64,000 bases of DNA from an uncultured Elusimicrobia bacterium. Lineage in GTDB: Bacteria > Elusimicrobiota > Elusimicrobia > 2-01-FULL-59-12. The notes beneath the pieces are model-generated. The model did not search any database, was not told the origin of the DNA, and saw only the letters and a program-made list of their open reading frames with translations. Location: contig OY969767.1 of the NCBI GenBank assembly GCA_963702895.1, positions 2,660,540 through 2,724,539 on the forward strand, written 5' to 3'. Numbering within the stretch: position 1 is the stretch's first letter; each line of letters begins with the position of its first letter. This document shows, one piece after another, positions 39,316-51,185 of this stretch. The translations under genes were made by a program, and so were the position numbers.

Positions 39316-40332
39316 TTAATAGCTCAGTTTGTTCAGCTGGACTTTGCCGCGGAAGACCCAGTAGACGATGGCGGTATAAGCGAGGACAAACGGCATCCCG
39401 AGCACCGCGATCAAGGCCATGATGCGCAGCGTCTTGGCCGAAGAGGCCGCGTTGTAGAGGGTCAAGTTCCAGTCCGGGTTAAGGCTGGAAATCATCATAT
39501 TGGGGAAGAGCGCTGCCCCAAAGAGGAAGGTGAGCGCCGCAATCGTGCAGGCGGACGACACAAAGGCATAAAGCGGACGCCCTTGATAAATCGCCCGCGG
39601 GATGTTGGCGATCGCGAGCACATTGAGCACCACGACCACCCAGGCCCAAGGGTAAACACGGAAATTGGCGATAGCAGAGGGAATCATGGCGAGCGTGTAG
39701 AGGGTTGTGAGCATATAGGCGATGAGGAAAAGTCCAAAGGTCCGCCAGACCCAATCGTGCAGGCGCCGCTGGAGGTCTCCTTCCGTCTTCAAGGAAAGGT
39801 AGATCGCGCCATGCATGGCAAAAGTCGCCACGGCCAGGAGCCCCACCAGGAGCGGATAAGGCCGCAGGAAGTCAACGAAGCGCCCGATAAATTCCTGGTC
39901 CTGGCCAATGGGGATCCCCAGGATGGAATTTCCGACCGCCACGCCAAAGAGGAGCGTCGCCAGGAGGCTGGCCGCAAAGAATGACACATCCCAGAATTTT
40001 CGCCAGAGCGGGTGTTCCCGTTTGCTGCGGAACTCCATCGACACCGCACGGAAAATAAGCGCAAAGAGCAGCATCATGAAGGGAGTGTAATAGGCGGAGA
40101 AGGCCGTGGCGTAGGCGTTCGGAAAGGCGGCAAAGAGCGCCCCTCCAAAGGTGACGAGCCACACTTCGTTTCCATCCCAGAGCGGCCCGATCGAATTCAT
40201 AAAAATACGGCGCTCATCATCTGTCTTGGCGAGAGGATGCAGGATCCCGACGCCCAGGTCAAAGCCGTCCAGTACCGCATAGCCGGTCAGAAGGACCCCT
40301 AAGAGCACAAACCATAAGATCTGGAGATCCAT
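39316..40332 (-). CDS. cydB: Cytochrome bd quinol oxidase subunit II
   Basis: LDGFDLGVG, GPLWDGNEVWL, FAAFP; ATG 40332 with AGGAG RBS. Confidence 0.96.
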   Translation of the reverse strand: MDLQILWFVLLGVLLTGYAVLDGFDLGVGILHPLAKTDDERRIFMNSIGPLWDGNEVWLVTFGGALFAAFPNAYATAFSAYYTPFMMLLFALIFRAVSMEFRSKREHPLWRKFWDVSFFAASLLATLLFGVAVGNSILGIPIGQDQEFIGRFVDFLRPYPLLVGLLAVATFAMHGAIYLSLKTEGDLQRRLHDWVWRTFGLFLIAYMLTTLYTLAMIPSAIANFRVYPWAWVVVVLNVLAIANIPRAIYQGRPLYAFVSSACTIAALTFLFGAALFPNMMISSLNPDWNLTLYNAASSAKTLRIMALIAVLGMPFVLAYTAIVYWVFRGKVQLNKLSY

Positions 40333-40333
40333 C

Positions 40334-41764
40334 TCATTTCTCCTTTCTGCGCCGCGCTCCGGTTGTGGACGGTCCGGCCGGATCGGCGAGGGCACTCGCG
40401 GCCCGGAGCAGGCCTTCGGAGGTGGTACGCTCTGGGGTGTGACCCTCCTCCGGACCATGCTGAATCTTATCGTTGGTCACCATCAGCCAGACCATGAAAA
40501 GCAGCGTGTAAATGAAGAGAAACATCAGAATGGAGCCGCGGATTTGATTGGCCTGAACGGATTTGGACAGCGCGTCGCTTGTCCGAAGCAAGTTTTGCAC
40601 AATCCAGGGCTGGCGGCCGATTTCGGTCGCAATCCAGCCCAGTTGATTGGCGGCATAAGGGGCCGGGACGGAAAACACAAACACCCACAATAGCCACCGG
40701 CTCTCGAAGAGAGTCCCCCGCCACCATCGCCACAAGCCGTAAAACGAGAGGGCGATAAAGTAGAAGCCCAGCGCGACCATCAGGTGGAAACTGAAAAACG
40801 GAAGCGACACCGGCGGACGGTCTTCCGGCCGGAACTGGTCGAGACCGGGGACCGGGCGGGTGGGGTCCCGGTGCACGAGGAAGCTCAAGAGGCCGGGGAC
40901 CTTGACGGCATAGCGCACGCGTTCCTGCGCGGGGTCCGGAATCCCGAAGAGATGCAGCGGCGCTCCTCCCGGGAGTGTCGTAAAGAGACCTTCATACGCG
41001 GCGAGCTTAGCGGGCTGATACTTGGCCACGATCCGGGCCTGGACGTCTCCCGAGGCCCCCTGAAAGAGAGATCCCGCAGCGGCCAGAAACAAGGCGGCGA
41101 CGAGGCTGCGCCGGGCCACTTCCGTGTGGCGATTTCGAAGAAGATAGAAGGCCGAGATGCTCATGACAAAAAAAGCGCCCAAAACCCAGGCGCCGGAAAC
41201 GGTGTGCGCCAGGCGCCAGACGCTGGAGGGGTTGAACACCATGGCCCAGAAATTGGTGATTTCGGCCCGCGCGGCGAGCCCCTCACCGACGATGTGGAAC
41301 CCGGCAGGCGTCTGCATCCAGGAGTTGGCGACCACGATCCAGACGGCAGAAAACATCGACCCCAAGGACACCATCACGGTGGCGAAAAAATGCATCTTCG
41401 GAGACACTCTGTCCCATCCAAAGATGAGCACGGCGAGGAACCCGGACTCCAGGAAAAAGGCGAAGATCCCTTCCGCCGCGAGCGCCGAACCAAAGACATC
41501 GCCCACGTAGCGCGAATAGGTGGCCCAATTGGTGCCAAATTGGAACTCCATCACAATGCCCGTGGCCACGCCCATCGCAAAATTGACGCCGAAGAGCCGG
41601 GTCCAGAACCGGGCGGCCGTCTCGTAGGCTTTCTGGCCTGTTTTCAAATACATGCCTTCCAGGTAAACCATGAGCACTCCCAGACCGATGGTTAAGGGTG
41701 GAAAGAGGTAGTGGAACATGATCGTCAAAGAAAACTGCAAGCGGGCCAGAATCTCGGTAGTCAA
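40334..41764 (-). CDS. cydA: Cytochrome bd quinol oxidase subunit I
   Basis: [45 protein letters not shown]. Confidence 0.97.
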   Translation of the reverse strand: MTTEILARLQFSLTIMFHYLFPPLTIGLGVLMVYLEGMYLKTGQKAYETAARFWTRLFGVNFAMGVATGIVMEFQFGTNWATYSRYVGDVFGSALAAEGIFAFFLESGFLAVLIFGWDRVSPKMHFFATVMVSLGSMFSAVWIVVANSWMQTPAGFHIVGEGLAARAEITNFWAMVFNPSSVWRLAHTVSGAWVLGAFFVMSISAFYLLRNRHTEVARRSLVAALFLAAAGSLFQGASGDVQARIVAKYQPAKLAAYEGLFTTLPGGAPLHLFGIPDPAQERVRYAVKVPGLLSFLVHRDPTRPVPGLDQFRPEDRPPVSLPFFSFHLMVALGFYFIALSFYGLWRWWRGTLFESRWLLWVFVFSVPAPYAANQLGWIATEIGRQPWIVQNLLRTSDALSKSVQANQIRGSILMFLFIYTLLFMVWLMVTNDKIQHGPEEGHTPERTTSEGLLRAASALADPAGPSTTGARRRKEK

Positions 41765-41906
41765 CAGGGCAGCACCTCCTTGCGCTGATTATAGGAAGAA
41801 TGCAGTCACCCGAACATCCTACGCATCAGCAGTCAAATATCGAAGTGACGAGAAATATGTTGAGCAGGGAGTGACTCTCCTGTGTGATTTTGGCGTTGCG
41901 AGTCGG

Positions 41907-42001
41907 CCTCCTTCTCCCGGCGCTTGCGACGGGAGAAGGCTGGGATGAGGGCACGGCTTGGCCCTCACCCCTTCCCTCTCCCATCTTCGACGGGAGAGGG
42001 A
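41907..42001. repeat. CCCTCACCCC..CCCTCTCCC..GGGAGAGGG-type REP-like doublet
   Basis: Two inverted hairpin units in the cysE-cydA gap. Confidence 0.65.
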
Positions 42002-42068
42002 GATGCTTTGCACAGTAGAGGTAATCAAAGTCCATCTTTCGCGAACGCAGGGGGGCTGATGCCAACCT

Positions 42069-42641
42069 TTACGGCTTGGGAAGGGGTTCCGGGGTGTGCG
42101 GCAAAGGAAGGTTGACCCGTTTCCCATTCTGTTTGACAATCCGTGCGGGCGTATCGACCACCGTGCAGTCCGGCGGGACGTCGTGCATAATGATGAACGA
42201 GTTGGCACCGATCCGGGTGTTGGAGCCGACCGTAATGGGGCCGAGCAAGACGCTGTTGGTGCCGATCAGGACGTTGTCTCCAACCGTGGGATGGCGTTTG
42301 CCTTCGTGTTTTCCGGTCCCCCCCAAGGTCACGTTGTGAAACATCACGCAGTTTTTTCCAACCTCCGCCGTTTCGCCGATCACGACGCCGACGCCATGGT
42401 CAATAAAAAACCCCTCTCCAATCCTGGCCGCCGGATGAATCTCAACCCCGGTGGCGACCTTCGCGAAAGTGGACAGCAGGCGCGGAAAGAGAGGGATCCT
42501 CAGCCGGTGCAGCAGGTGGGCGAGGCGGTAGACCACAATCGCGTGCAGCGGCGTATGGCACAGAAGCGTTTCAAGAAGGTGGTGAGCCGCGGGGTCATTC
42601 TCTTTGACGGCGCGAATGTCCTTCAAGATGGTTCTCAGCAT
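42069..42641 (-). CDS. cysE: Serine O-acetyltransferase
   Basis: DPAA, TGVEIHPAA, FIDHG.GVVIGET, GKRHPT. Confidence 0.95.
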   Translation of the reverse strand: MLRTILKDIRAVKENDPAAHHLLETLLCHTPLHAIVVYRLAHLLHRLRIPLFPRLLSTFAKVATGVEIHPAARIGEGFFIDHGVGVVIGETAEVGKNCVMFHNVTLGGTGKHEGKRHPTVGDNVLIGTNSVLLGPITVGSNTRIGANSFIIMHDVPPDCTVVDTPARIVKQNGKRVNLPLPHTPEPLPKP

Positions 42642-43176
42642 GTTCAACCCCCTCTTCCATTAACCGCTGCAGCAGTTGGAATCCTGTCGGCCAGTCTCGA
42701 AGAGCGCTCTCTGAATTCAAATGTCCCTTCGGGCCCAATGAAACAAACCGGCTTCCCCAGGCCCGGGCACAGCTTTGACTAAACGCCAGGTCTGCGTAGG
42801 GATCGTTCGAGCTGGCCGCAAGGATACTGGGAAATCCTAGCTTCTTCATCGGCACAGGCGCAAACCCCAGCGCTGTTTTCGGAAAAACCTGACTTGCCGG
42901 ATCGGGTGGCGCTACCAAAAGGGCGCTCCGCACCTTGAGACGGGTCTTCACCGCCCAATGAGCGACCTGCAAACAAGCCAGACTGTGCGCCACGAGAATC
43001 GCCCGAGGGCCCGCCTCGCGCACGGCGGCTTCGAGCGCTTCCACCCATTCCCGCCGTACGGGATGCTCCCAGTCCAGGTGTGAGATCCGGCGAAATTCCG
43101 GATGCGCCTTCTCCCAAAACGTCTGCCAGTGCTGCGGCCCCGAGTTGTTGATCCCGGGGAGTATCAGGACCGTCAC
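42595..43176 (-). CDS. RBBP9/YdeN family alpha/beta hydrolase
   Basis: PGINNSGPQHWQ, AHSLAC, SSNDPY, GHLN. Confidence 0.92.
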   Translation of the reverse strand: MTVLILPGINNSGPQHWQTFWEKAHPEFRRISHLDWEHPVRREWVEALEAAVREAGPRAILVAHSLACLQVAHWAVKTRLKVRSALLVAPPDPASQVFPKTALGFAPVPMKKLGFPSILAASSNDPYADLAFSQSCARAWGSRFVSLGPKGHLNSESALRDWPTGFQLLQRLMEEGVEHAENHLEGHSRRQRE

Positions 43177-43180
43177 CTTT

Positions 43181-44149
43181 TCAGATCGTGACAGGCGCGG
43201 GGGGTGCGGCCGTCACGGGCGGCGCGTCCTGGAACAGCCAGGTCGACAGGTAGCGCTCCCCTGTGTCGCAAAGAACGGTCACGATCGTCTTGCCGGCGGA
43301 TTCCGGACGTTTGGCAACTTCCAGCGCCACCCAGAGATTCGCCCCTCCCGAAATGCCGGTGAGGATCCCTTCCTCTTTGGCGAGGCGCCTGGCGATCGCG
43401 CCGGCGTCCTCATGCCTCACCTTGATGATCTCCTCATAGATCTTGGTGTTCAAGACCCCCGGCACAAACCCGGGGCCGATTCCCTGAATCTTGTGCGGAC
43501 CGGGTTGACCGCCGGAAAGGACGGGGGACTCGACGGGTTCCGCGGTGATGATCTTCACGGAGGGCTTGCGCTTCTTGAGCACTTCGCCGACCCCCGTGAT
43601 CGTGCCGCCCGTTCCGACCGCCGCGATGAAGATATCCACCTGGCCCTCCGTATCCTTCCAGATTTCCTCGGCTGTCGTCTTGCGATGGATTTCCGCGTTG
43701 GCGGGGTTGTTGAACTGCTGAAGGATCACGCTGCCGGGGATCCCTTTGGCAAGCTCCTCCGCCTTGGCCACGGCGCCTTTCATCCCTTTCGGTCCTTCGG
43801 TGAGCACGAGTTCGGCGCCCAGCACTTTGAGGATTTGCCGCCGTTCCAGGCTCATCGTTTCCGGCATGGTCAGAATCAGGCGATACCCCTTGGCCGCGGC
43901 GACAAAGGCGAGCGCGATCCCCGTGTTGCCGCTCGTAGGCTCCACGATCACCGATCCTTTTTTGAGCTGGCCGCTTTTCTCCGCAGCCTCGATCATGGAC
44001 GCCCCGATGCGGTCCTTCACGCTCGACAGGGGATTAAAAAACTCACACTTCGCGAGGACCGTGGCCTTCAAGCCTTCGGTCAACCGGTTGATGCGGACCA
44101 GAGGCGTATTTCCGATCGTTTGGGTGATATCGCTGTAGATTCTGCTCAT
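43181..44149 (-). CDS. cysK: Cysteine synthase A
   Basis: [40 protein letters not shown]. Confidence 0.96.
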   Translation of the reverse strand: MSRIYSDITQTIGNTPLVRINRLTEGLKATVLAKCEFFNPLSSVKDRIGASMIEAAEKSGQLKKGSVIVEPTSGNTGIALAFVAAAKGYRLILTMPETMSLERRQILKVLGAELVLTEGPKGMKGAVAKAEELAKGIPGSVILQQFNNPANAEIHRKTTAEEIWKDTEGQVDIFIAAVGTGGTITGVGEVLKKRKPSVKIITAEPVESPVLSGGQPGPHKIQGIGPGFVPGVLNTKIYEEIIKVRHEDAGAIARRLAKEEGILTGISGGANLWVALEVAKRPESAGKTIVTVLCDTGERYLSTWLFQDAPPVTAAPPAPVTI

Positions 44150-44150
44150 C

Positions 44151-44753
44151 TTAGTCTCCTTTGGGTGAAACGACAAAGATCGCCGTTGAGGCAAAGAGAT
44201 TGGGCCAGAAGCGGACTTCGCTTCCAATCGAGAGATAGTGGCTCTCGTGGATCTCCAGGCCTTTCTCGGCGGCGTACTGTATAAAATCCTTGATGGTCAG
44301 AAACCGCAAATTGGGGGTGTCATACCAATGATAGGGAAGCGAGGGCGTCACCGGCGCTTTCCCGCCAAAAAAGAGCATCGCCCGGGCGCTCCAGGTCCCA
44401 AAATTCGGGACCCCGATGACAGCGCGCCGCCCCACGCGGAAAGCCTCACGCAAAATCAGATCGATATTTCGTGCTTCCTGCAGGCTCTGATTCAGCACCA
44501 CATAATCAAAAGAGTGATCGGGATAACCTTTGAGTCCTTCCTCGAGATTACTGTGCACAACGCTCAGGCCCTTGGCCACGCATTGATAAATGGACTGTTC
44601 GTTCAGTTCCACGCCCTGCACTTTGGCTTTTTTCTTGCGCTCCAGGAGCGCGAGGAGTTCCCCGTCCCCGCAGCCGAGGTCCAAGACCCGGGACTCCGCG
44701 GGAATCAAGCCGGCGATGACCTGATGATCAAGGCGAATGGCCTGGGGGTTCAT
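44151..44753 (-). CDS. metW: Methionine biosynthesis protein MetW
   Basis: [25 protein letters not shown]; downstream of metX. Confidence 0.93.
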   Translation of the reverse strand: MNPQAIRLDHQVIAGLIPAESRVLDLGCGDGELLALLERKKKAKVQGVELNEQSIYQCVAKGLSVVHSNLEEGLKGYPDHSFDYVVLNQSLQEARNIDLILREAFRVGRRAVIGVPNFGTWSARAMLFFGGKAPVTPSLPYHWYDTPNLRFLTIKDFIQYAAEKGLEIHESHYLSIGSEVRFWPNLFASTAIFVVSPKGD

Positions 44754-45883
44754 CCGGCACCTCCCGTAGAGATTTCTTCAAAGGTCTTCCGCAAAAAGTG
44801 GCTGACCAGATGCGTCTGCTCATCGATCTCCAGCAGGAACGCGTCATGCCCGTAGGTCGAAGCGACCTCGCAATAGGTCGCGTCCACGTGCCGCGCGCGC
44901 AGGAGCTGCACGATGTCCTGAGATTGGTAGGAAGGATAGAGCCAGTCCGAGCCAAAAGCGATGACCAGAAAACGCGTGTCGACCCTTCTGCCGGGTGGAA
45001 TCAACTTGTCGCCCGATTGGTCGAAATAATCCATGGCTTTGGTGAGATACAGGTAGGAATTGGCGTCAAAGCGTTTGACGAAGTTGTCCCCCCGGTAGCG
45101 CAGATAGCCTTCCACCTCAAAATCCGCCGTGAAGCTGAACGTGAAGTCCTCATTCTTGAGTTTTCGTGAGAACTTCTCCTGCATGGATTGGTCGCTCATG
45201 TAGGTGATGTGACCGATCATGCGCGCCACCGCAAGGCCCTTCTCCGGCTGGCCGGTCGCGTAATACTGCCCGTTGTTCCAAGCCGGGTCGGCCATGATCG
45301 CCTGGCGTCCGACTTCGTCGAAGGCGATCTGTTGGGGCGTATGCTTGAGCGTGGTGGCGATGGGGATGGCGCTGGCGAGGCGCTCCGGATAGGAAGCGAC
45401 CCACTGCAAAGCCTGCATCCCTCCCATCGACCCTCCGGCTACGCAGAGGAGACGGTCGATGCCCAGATGATCGATCAGATGTCTTTGCGCTTCCACCATG
45501 TCCCGGATCGTGATGAAGGGGAAATCGAGCGCGTACGGCTTGCCCGTCGCCGGGTTCACCGAGGAGGGTCCCGTACTCCCTTTGCAGCCGCCCAGCGCAT
45601 TGGAGGCGATCACAAAATAGCGATGGGTGTCGAAGGCTTTGCCGGGGCCAATCATCTCATCCCACCAGCCCAGCGCGCCGCTGTCGGCATGGACGCCGGC
45701 GGCATGGGCGTCGCCGGAGAGCGCATGCAGGACCAGGATCGCGTTTGTGCGCCCGGCGTTGAGCTTCCCGTACGTTTCATAAGCCAGCGTCACCGGCCCC
45801 AGGGCCTGTCCTGATTCCAGGCGCAGGACGCTGGGGGGTGTGGCGAACGTGTAATGAAGCGTTTTAACGGAGCCCAAGCTCAT
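44750..45883 (-). CDS. metX: Homoserine O-acyltransferase
   Basis: [44 protein letters not shown]. Confidence 0.96.
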   Translation of the reverse strand: MSLGSVKTLHYTFATPPSVLRLESGQALGPVTLAYETYGKLNAGRTNAILVLHALSGDAHAAGVHADSGALGWWDEMIGPGKAFDTHRYFVIASNALGGCKGSTGPSSVNPATGKPYALDFPFITIRDMVEAQRHLIDHLGIDRLLCVAGGSMGGMQALQWVASYPERLASAIPIATTLKHTPQQIAFDEVGRQAIMADPAWNNGQYYATGQPEKGLAVARMIGHITYMSDQSMQEKFSRKLKNEDFTFSFTADFEVEGYLRYRGDNFVKRFDANSYLYLTKAMDYFDQSGDKLIPPGRRVDTRFLVIAFGSDWLYPSYQSQDIVQLLRARHVDATYCEVASTYGHDAFLLEIDEQTHLVSHFLRKTFEEISTGGAG

Positions 45884-45885
45884 GT

Positions 45886-47211
<1,326 letters not shown>

Positions 47212-47251
47212 TCAATATACCACTCCGGGGCCGGGGTGGGTTTAGAGGCAA

Positions 47252-47279
47252 TAAAAAACCCATCCCGCGCGGGATGGGT
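47252..47279 (-). terminator. Attenuator terminator in the metY leader
   Basis: Minus strand ACCCATCCC-GCGC-GGGATGGGT followed by TTTTTAT, about 70 nt before the metY start. Confidence 0.88.
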
Positions 47280-47305
47280 GCTTTCGTTCGGTCGAAGTCT
47301 TTCGT

Positions 47306-47401
47306 TTACGCTGAAAGCCGACGCAGGGCACCCGTCCCGACCGCCATCATCGGGCACATGCACATACACATCGGGGCGCTGCTGAAGTTCGGCTGATTCA
47401 T
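47306..47401 (-). CDS. Met/Cys-rich leader peptide (31 aa)
   Basis: Hand translation MNQPNFSSAPMCMCMCPMMAVGTGALRRLSA*; lies between the promoter and the terminator. Confidence 0.8.
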   Translation of the reverse strand: MNQPNFSSAPMCMCMCPMMAVGTGALRRLSA

Positions 47402-47412
47402 AACGAGCGCAT

Positions 47413-47440
47413 ATCGTACGAATTTCAAAAAAGATGTCAA
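47413..47440 (-). promoter_or_regulatory. Sigma70 promoter of the leader-met/cys operon
   Basis: TTGACA (47440-47435), 16-nt spacer, TACGAT (47418-47413). Confidence 0.7.
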
Positions 47441-47692
47441 GAGGTTTTTTTAGAGCATCCATTTTAGTGGGAACGCCGGGAGTCCTCTCTTTTTGCGCTT
47501 GGCAGGGGATGGCGCTGACCAACCCCGAGCGCCAACACCGCTCTGGGTTTCTGATTTCGGGGCCCATTCGATGGCCTTCCCATAGGGGAGTCCGCTGGCA
47601 TGACGGCAAAGATATGTGTATTTTTCTTGTGCACTCCTTTATAATACCTCCGTTCCCCTGCAAGAAGAGCACCCATGGAAAAGGAATCCCCC

Positions 47693-48415
47693 ATGACAGA
47701 AAACGATCGCCTCTACGCGGAAGCGCGGCCAAGATCAGACGACTTCAATTTTGGCGCTTCAACCGCAGCCGTTTTCGATGATATGCTGACGCGTTCCGTG
47801 CCTTTTTACGACGAGATTCAGCGCATGATGGTGGAGATGGCGACCTCCTTCGCGGTCGAAAACACCCGCGTTTATGACCTCGGATGTTCCACGGGAACCA
47901 CCCTGGAAGCCCTGGCCCATGTGCTGCCCGGCAATGTTCATTTGGTGGGAATCGATTATTCCGCCGATATGCTCGAACGCGCGGCGCGTAAACTCAAGCC
48001 CTACCAGGATCGCGTGCAGCTCGTGCGCGGCGACTTGAATGAGGGGGTCGTCGTGGAAAACGCGTCGGTCGTATTGATGAATCTGACCCTGCAGTTTGTC
48101 CGGCCGCTCTACCGGGACAAGCTGATCGGCCAAATCTCCCGTGGGATGGTCAAGAACGGCTGCTTGCTTGTGGTGGAAAAAGTGTTGAGCAAGGACTCGA
48201 CCCTCAACCGTCTTTTTATCGAGTACTACTATGATTTTAAGAAGAAGAACGGCTACAGCCAAATGGAGATCAGCCAGAAGCGTGAAGCGCTCGAAAATGT
48301 ATTGATTCCCTATCGCGTTCAAGAAAACATGGAGTTGTTCCAGAACAATGGGTTTACCAGTTGCGAGATTTTCTTCAAGTGGTATAACTTCTGCGGCTTC
48401 CTTGCTCATGTCTGA
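47693..48415 (+). CDS. cmoA: Carboxy-S-adenosyl-L-methionine synthase
   Basis: VFDDMLTRSVPFY, YDLGCSTG, TLQFV, EISQKREALENV, WYNF. Confidence 0.9.
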   Translation: MTENDRLYAEARPRSDDFNFGASTAAVFDDMLTRSVPFYDEIQRMMVEMATSFAVENTRVYDLGCSTGTTLEALAHVLPGNVHLVGIDYSADMLERAARKLKPYQDRVQLVRGDLNEGVVVENASVVLMNLTLQFVRPLYRDKLIGQISRGMVKNGCLLVVEKVLSKDSTLNRLFIEYYYDFKKKNGYSQMEISQKREALENVLIPYRVQENMELFQNNGFTSCEIFFKWYNFCGFLAHV

Positions 48416-49163
48416 CCCTCACGGGCCCCCCCTCCACTTGCCGGCGCTGGTCGCTCTTGGCAACTTCTTTTTCCGCTACCGGAACGCGATCTTTCCGGTG
48501 GTGCTATTCTTGCTGGTTGTGGTAGCCCGTCCCCGGGCGATGTTCGACGATCCTGCCCTGAGCCGCTCATGGATCCTTCTAGGCGGAGTCCTCGCGTTGC
48601 TGGGCGAAGGCTTTCGGCTCTTCACGATCGGCTACGACTATATCGATCGTGGCGGACGGGGCGGAATGGTTTCAGCGAGCCGGCTGGTCCAAGGCGGGCT
48701 ATACGCGCATGTGCGTAACCCCATGTACGTGGGCAATCTCCTCATCGCCGCGGGCCTCCTCCTTTACAGCTCCTCATGGTCAGCGCTTGTGACCGCGTTG
48801 CCATTTTTTGTGCTTGTTTACGCGGCGATCATTGCAGCGGAAGAAACCTATCTCTTAAAGACCTTTGGGGCCGAGTTTGAGGCCTACGTTTCCCGTGTCC
48901 CCGCCTTCCTTCCCTCCTGGAAGGGTCTTGGCGCCAAGCTCGCCGGCGCACGCTACGACTGGAAGCGGGCGCTCCGAAAGGACTACGGAAACATTTTCTT
49001 TGTAGCGATGAGTTTTCTGATCTTGTCCTGGTGGCGCGTCTATTTCTTGAAGGGCCCTACCGCCGCTGCCGGGTTGACTCGCACCAACCTCCTTCTCACC
49101 CTGGTGTTCACGAGCGCGTATTTCGTGGTCATGCGCCTCAAAAAAATGAAGCTCCTGGATTAA
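48408..49163 (+). CDS. Isoprenylcysteine carboxyl methyltransferase family membrane protein
   Basis: LVQGGLYAHVRNPMYVGN, EETYL..FG..F..Y...VP. Confidence 0.88.
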   Translation: MSDPHGPPLHLPALVALGNFFFRYRNAIFPVVLFLLVVVARPRAMFDDPALSRSWILLGGVLALLGEGFRLFTIGYDYIDRGGRGGMVSASRLVQGGLYAHVRNPMYVGNLLIAAGLLLYSSSWSALVTALPFFVLVYAAIIAAEETYLLKTFGAEFEAYVSRVPAFLPSWKGLGAKLAGARYDWKRALRKDYGNIFFVAMSFLILSWWRVYFLKGPTAAAGLTRTNLLLTLVFTSAYFVVMRLKKMKLLD

Positions 49164-49222
49164 ATTGGACTTGCCATGAACTTCGTCCCTCGCATGGAAA
49201 GGGAATGATTGGAGATGAAACC

Positions 49223-50617
49223 ATGAAAGTCGCCATCCTCGCCGCGGGATCGGGCGAACGTTTGACCCGCGAAGGCGTGAGGACTCCCAAGCCTCTTGTC
49301 CAGCTCGGGGGCATGTCGCTCTTGGAGCGCGCGGCCCGCGCGTCCCTGAAGGCTGGCGCGGCCGAAGTCCTCGTGGTCCTTGGATCACAAGCCGAAACGA
49401 TCCGTCGTCAGCTCGAGACGAAGCTGCGTTTACTCCCACTGCGGTGGATCGTTAATGAGAATTGGGAAAAAGGAAACGGGACCTCCGTGCTGGCTGCCCG
49501 GCCATGGATCGCAGACGAGGAGCGTTTTCTTGTGATGATGGCAGACCATTTGCTGCTTCCCCCTACGCTCCGGCGCCTGATCATGGCGGGATCGTCGGGC
49601 CCTGACTCCTTGATGGCCATCGACCGCAAGCGGGGGCTTCTCGTGGACCCGGACGACGCGACCAAGCTGCGCCTGCAGGCAGACCGGATTGTGGAAATCG
49701 GCAAGGACCTTTCTGTCTATGACGGCATCGATGTCGGTGCCGCCGTGGTCACCCCTCTCCTTTTTGAGATGCTCGCCCAATCGACCTCGCCCGAGACGGG
49801 CGCCTGCAGCCATACGGGCGGCATGAAGGGGCTTGCCCGGGCCGGCCGACTTCGGGCCCTCGATATCGGTGCTGAGCGCTGGGAAGATGTCGATTCGCTC
49901 GCGGCAGGCAAGGCAGCTGAAAACATTCTTCTGGATTCGTTGCGCAAGCCTACGGATGGCTTTATGTCGCGCCATCTGGAGCGGCATCTCTCTTTGGGCA
50001 TTTCCAAGCACCTGGCCAAAACGTCCATCACGCCCAACCAAGTCACGATCGGCGTGATTTTGATTGGCGGTTTGGCCGCCTGGTTCTTTGCCCAGGCAGG
50101 CGATGTGACCAAGATTTTGGGTGCCTTTCTATTTTGGTGTTCGTCCTTCCTCGATGGTTGCGATGGTGAACTCGCGCGAATGAAGTACTTGGAATCTCGC
50201 CTGGGGGGGTGGCTTGACCTCTGGTCGGACAATCTTGTGCACATGATGGTGTTTTCAGCCATGGGCGTGGGGCTCTGGCGCGACAGCGGTCAAACCCACT
50301 GGATCTTTCTCGGCCTGGCGGCTGCCGTCGGCGTCCTGATCTGTGTCTCCTTGGCGAGCTGGAACACAAGGAGGAAAAAGGCCACGGAGGGGCCCTTGTT
50401 TACTTCGGCTTCCCCCGAGAAAGCCTCCGAGGCCGCTTCCCGGCCCAAAGCGCATCTCATCCGGATCGCCGACGCACTCAGCCGCCGCGATTTTATTTTT
50501 GGCGTGATCTTTCTGGCGGCGCTGGGCTGGTTGCCGGGCTTCCTCTGGGCAGCTGCTGTCGGCACTCAGGTGTACTGGATGGTTCTTGTCGTCATCGCGC
50601 TTTCGCGCAAACCCTAG
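49223..50617 (+). CDS. Nucleotidyltransferase fused to CDP-alcohol phosphotransferase (IPCT/DIPPS-like)
   Basis: ILAAGSGERL...PKPL, GNGTS, MADH; ITPNQVT, DGCDGELAR...SRLGGWLDLWSD. Confidence 0.88.
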   Translation: MKVAILAAGSGERLTREGVRTPKPLVQLGGMSLLERAARASLKAGAAEVLVVLGSQAETIRRQLETKLRLLPLRWIVNENWEKGNGTSVLAARPWIADEERFLVMMADHLLLPPTLRRLIMAGSSGPDSLMAIDRKRGLLVDPDDATKLRLQADRIVEIGKDLSVYDGIDVGAAVVTPLLFEMLAQSTSPETGACSHTGGMKGLARAGRLRALDIGAERWEDVDSLAAGKAAENILLDSLRKPTDGFMSRHLERHLSLGISKHLAKTSITPNQVTIGVILIGGLAAWFFAQAGDVTKILGAFLFWCSSFLDGCDGELARMKYLESRLGGWLDLWSDNLVHMMVFSAMGVGLWRDSGQTHWIFLGLAAAVGVLICVSLASWNTRRKKATEGPLFTSASPEKASEAASRPKAHLIRIADALSRRDFIFGVIFLAALGWLPGFLWAAAVGTQVYWMVLVVIALSRKP

Positions 50618-50679
50618 GCAACCCTCCGCGCGGTCCAAAGTATTCTTGAGGCTAAAAAGTTAGAATTGGACCTGGCTCT

Positions 50680-51027
50680 ATGAAACCGATCTTGACACGT
50701 CGTCGGGGCGCCTCCACGCCGGAGTATGTCCTTCTCCTTGCCCTCTTCCTGGGTCTCATCCTGTTTGTTTTTTGGGACATCCTGGGGAAAGGCCTGAGTT
50801 CCGCCATCGAGCGAGTTGGCAACATCATCCAGCCCTCGGGCGAGAGTCTTACCACAGAGGAAAAGAAAAAAGCAGTGGAAAAAAAGGAAGAAGAGTTGCC
50901 CGCGCCCAAAAGCGGAAGCTCCCCCGGTCTCTTTTCGGGGTGGCCCGCGGGACCCTCCAGCCGCCGGGGGTCATCTTTTTCGCGTTCCGAGACAGAGATA
51001 TCGACAGAACCGTTTACCCTCCCCTAG
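50680..51027 (+). CDS. Flp/Tad pilin-like protein
   Basis: RRG|ASTPEYVLLLAL prepilin-type motif followed by a hydrophobic helix. Confidence 0.55.
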   Translation: MKPILTRRRGASTPEYVLLLALFLGLILFVFWDILGKGLSSAIERVGNIIQPSGESLTTEEKKKAVEKKEEELPAPKSGSSPGLFSGWPAGPSSRRGSSFSRSETEISTEPFTLP

Positions 51028-51185
51028 AATGAAGTTTGTCCCGGCGTAACGGAGTATCGGTGTGCCGGGGTCAAGGCAAGGAACAGAATAGCGCGCAGAG
51101 TGTAAAGCAGACAGCTTCTCGTTCTTTTTTGTTTTCCCCTGCGGTTACTCTGTTACTCCGGCACCCCGTTACTCCGACACTTGAG

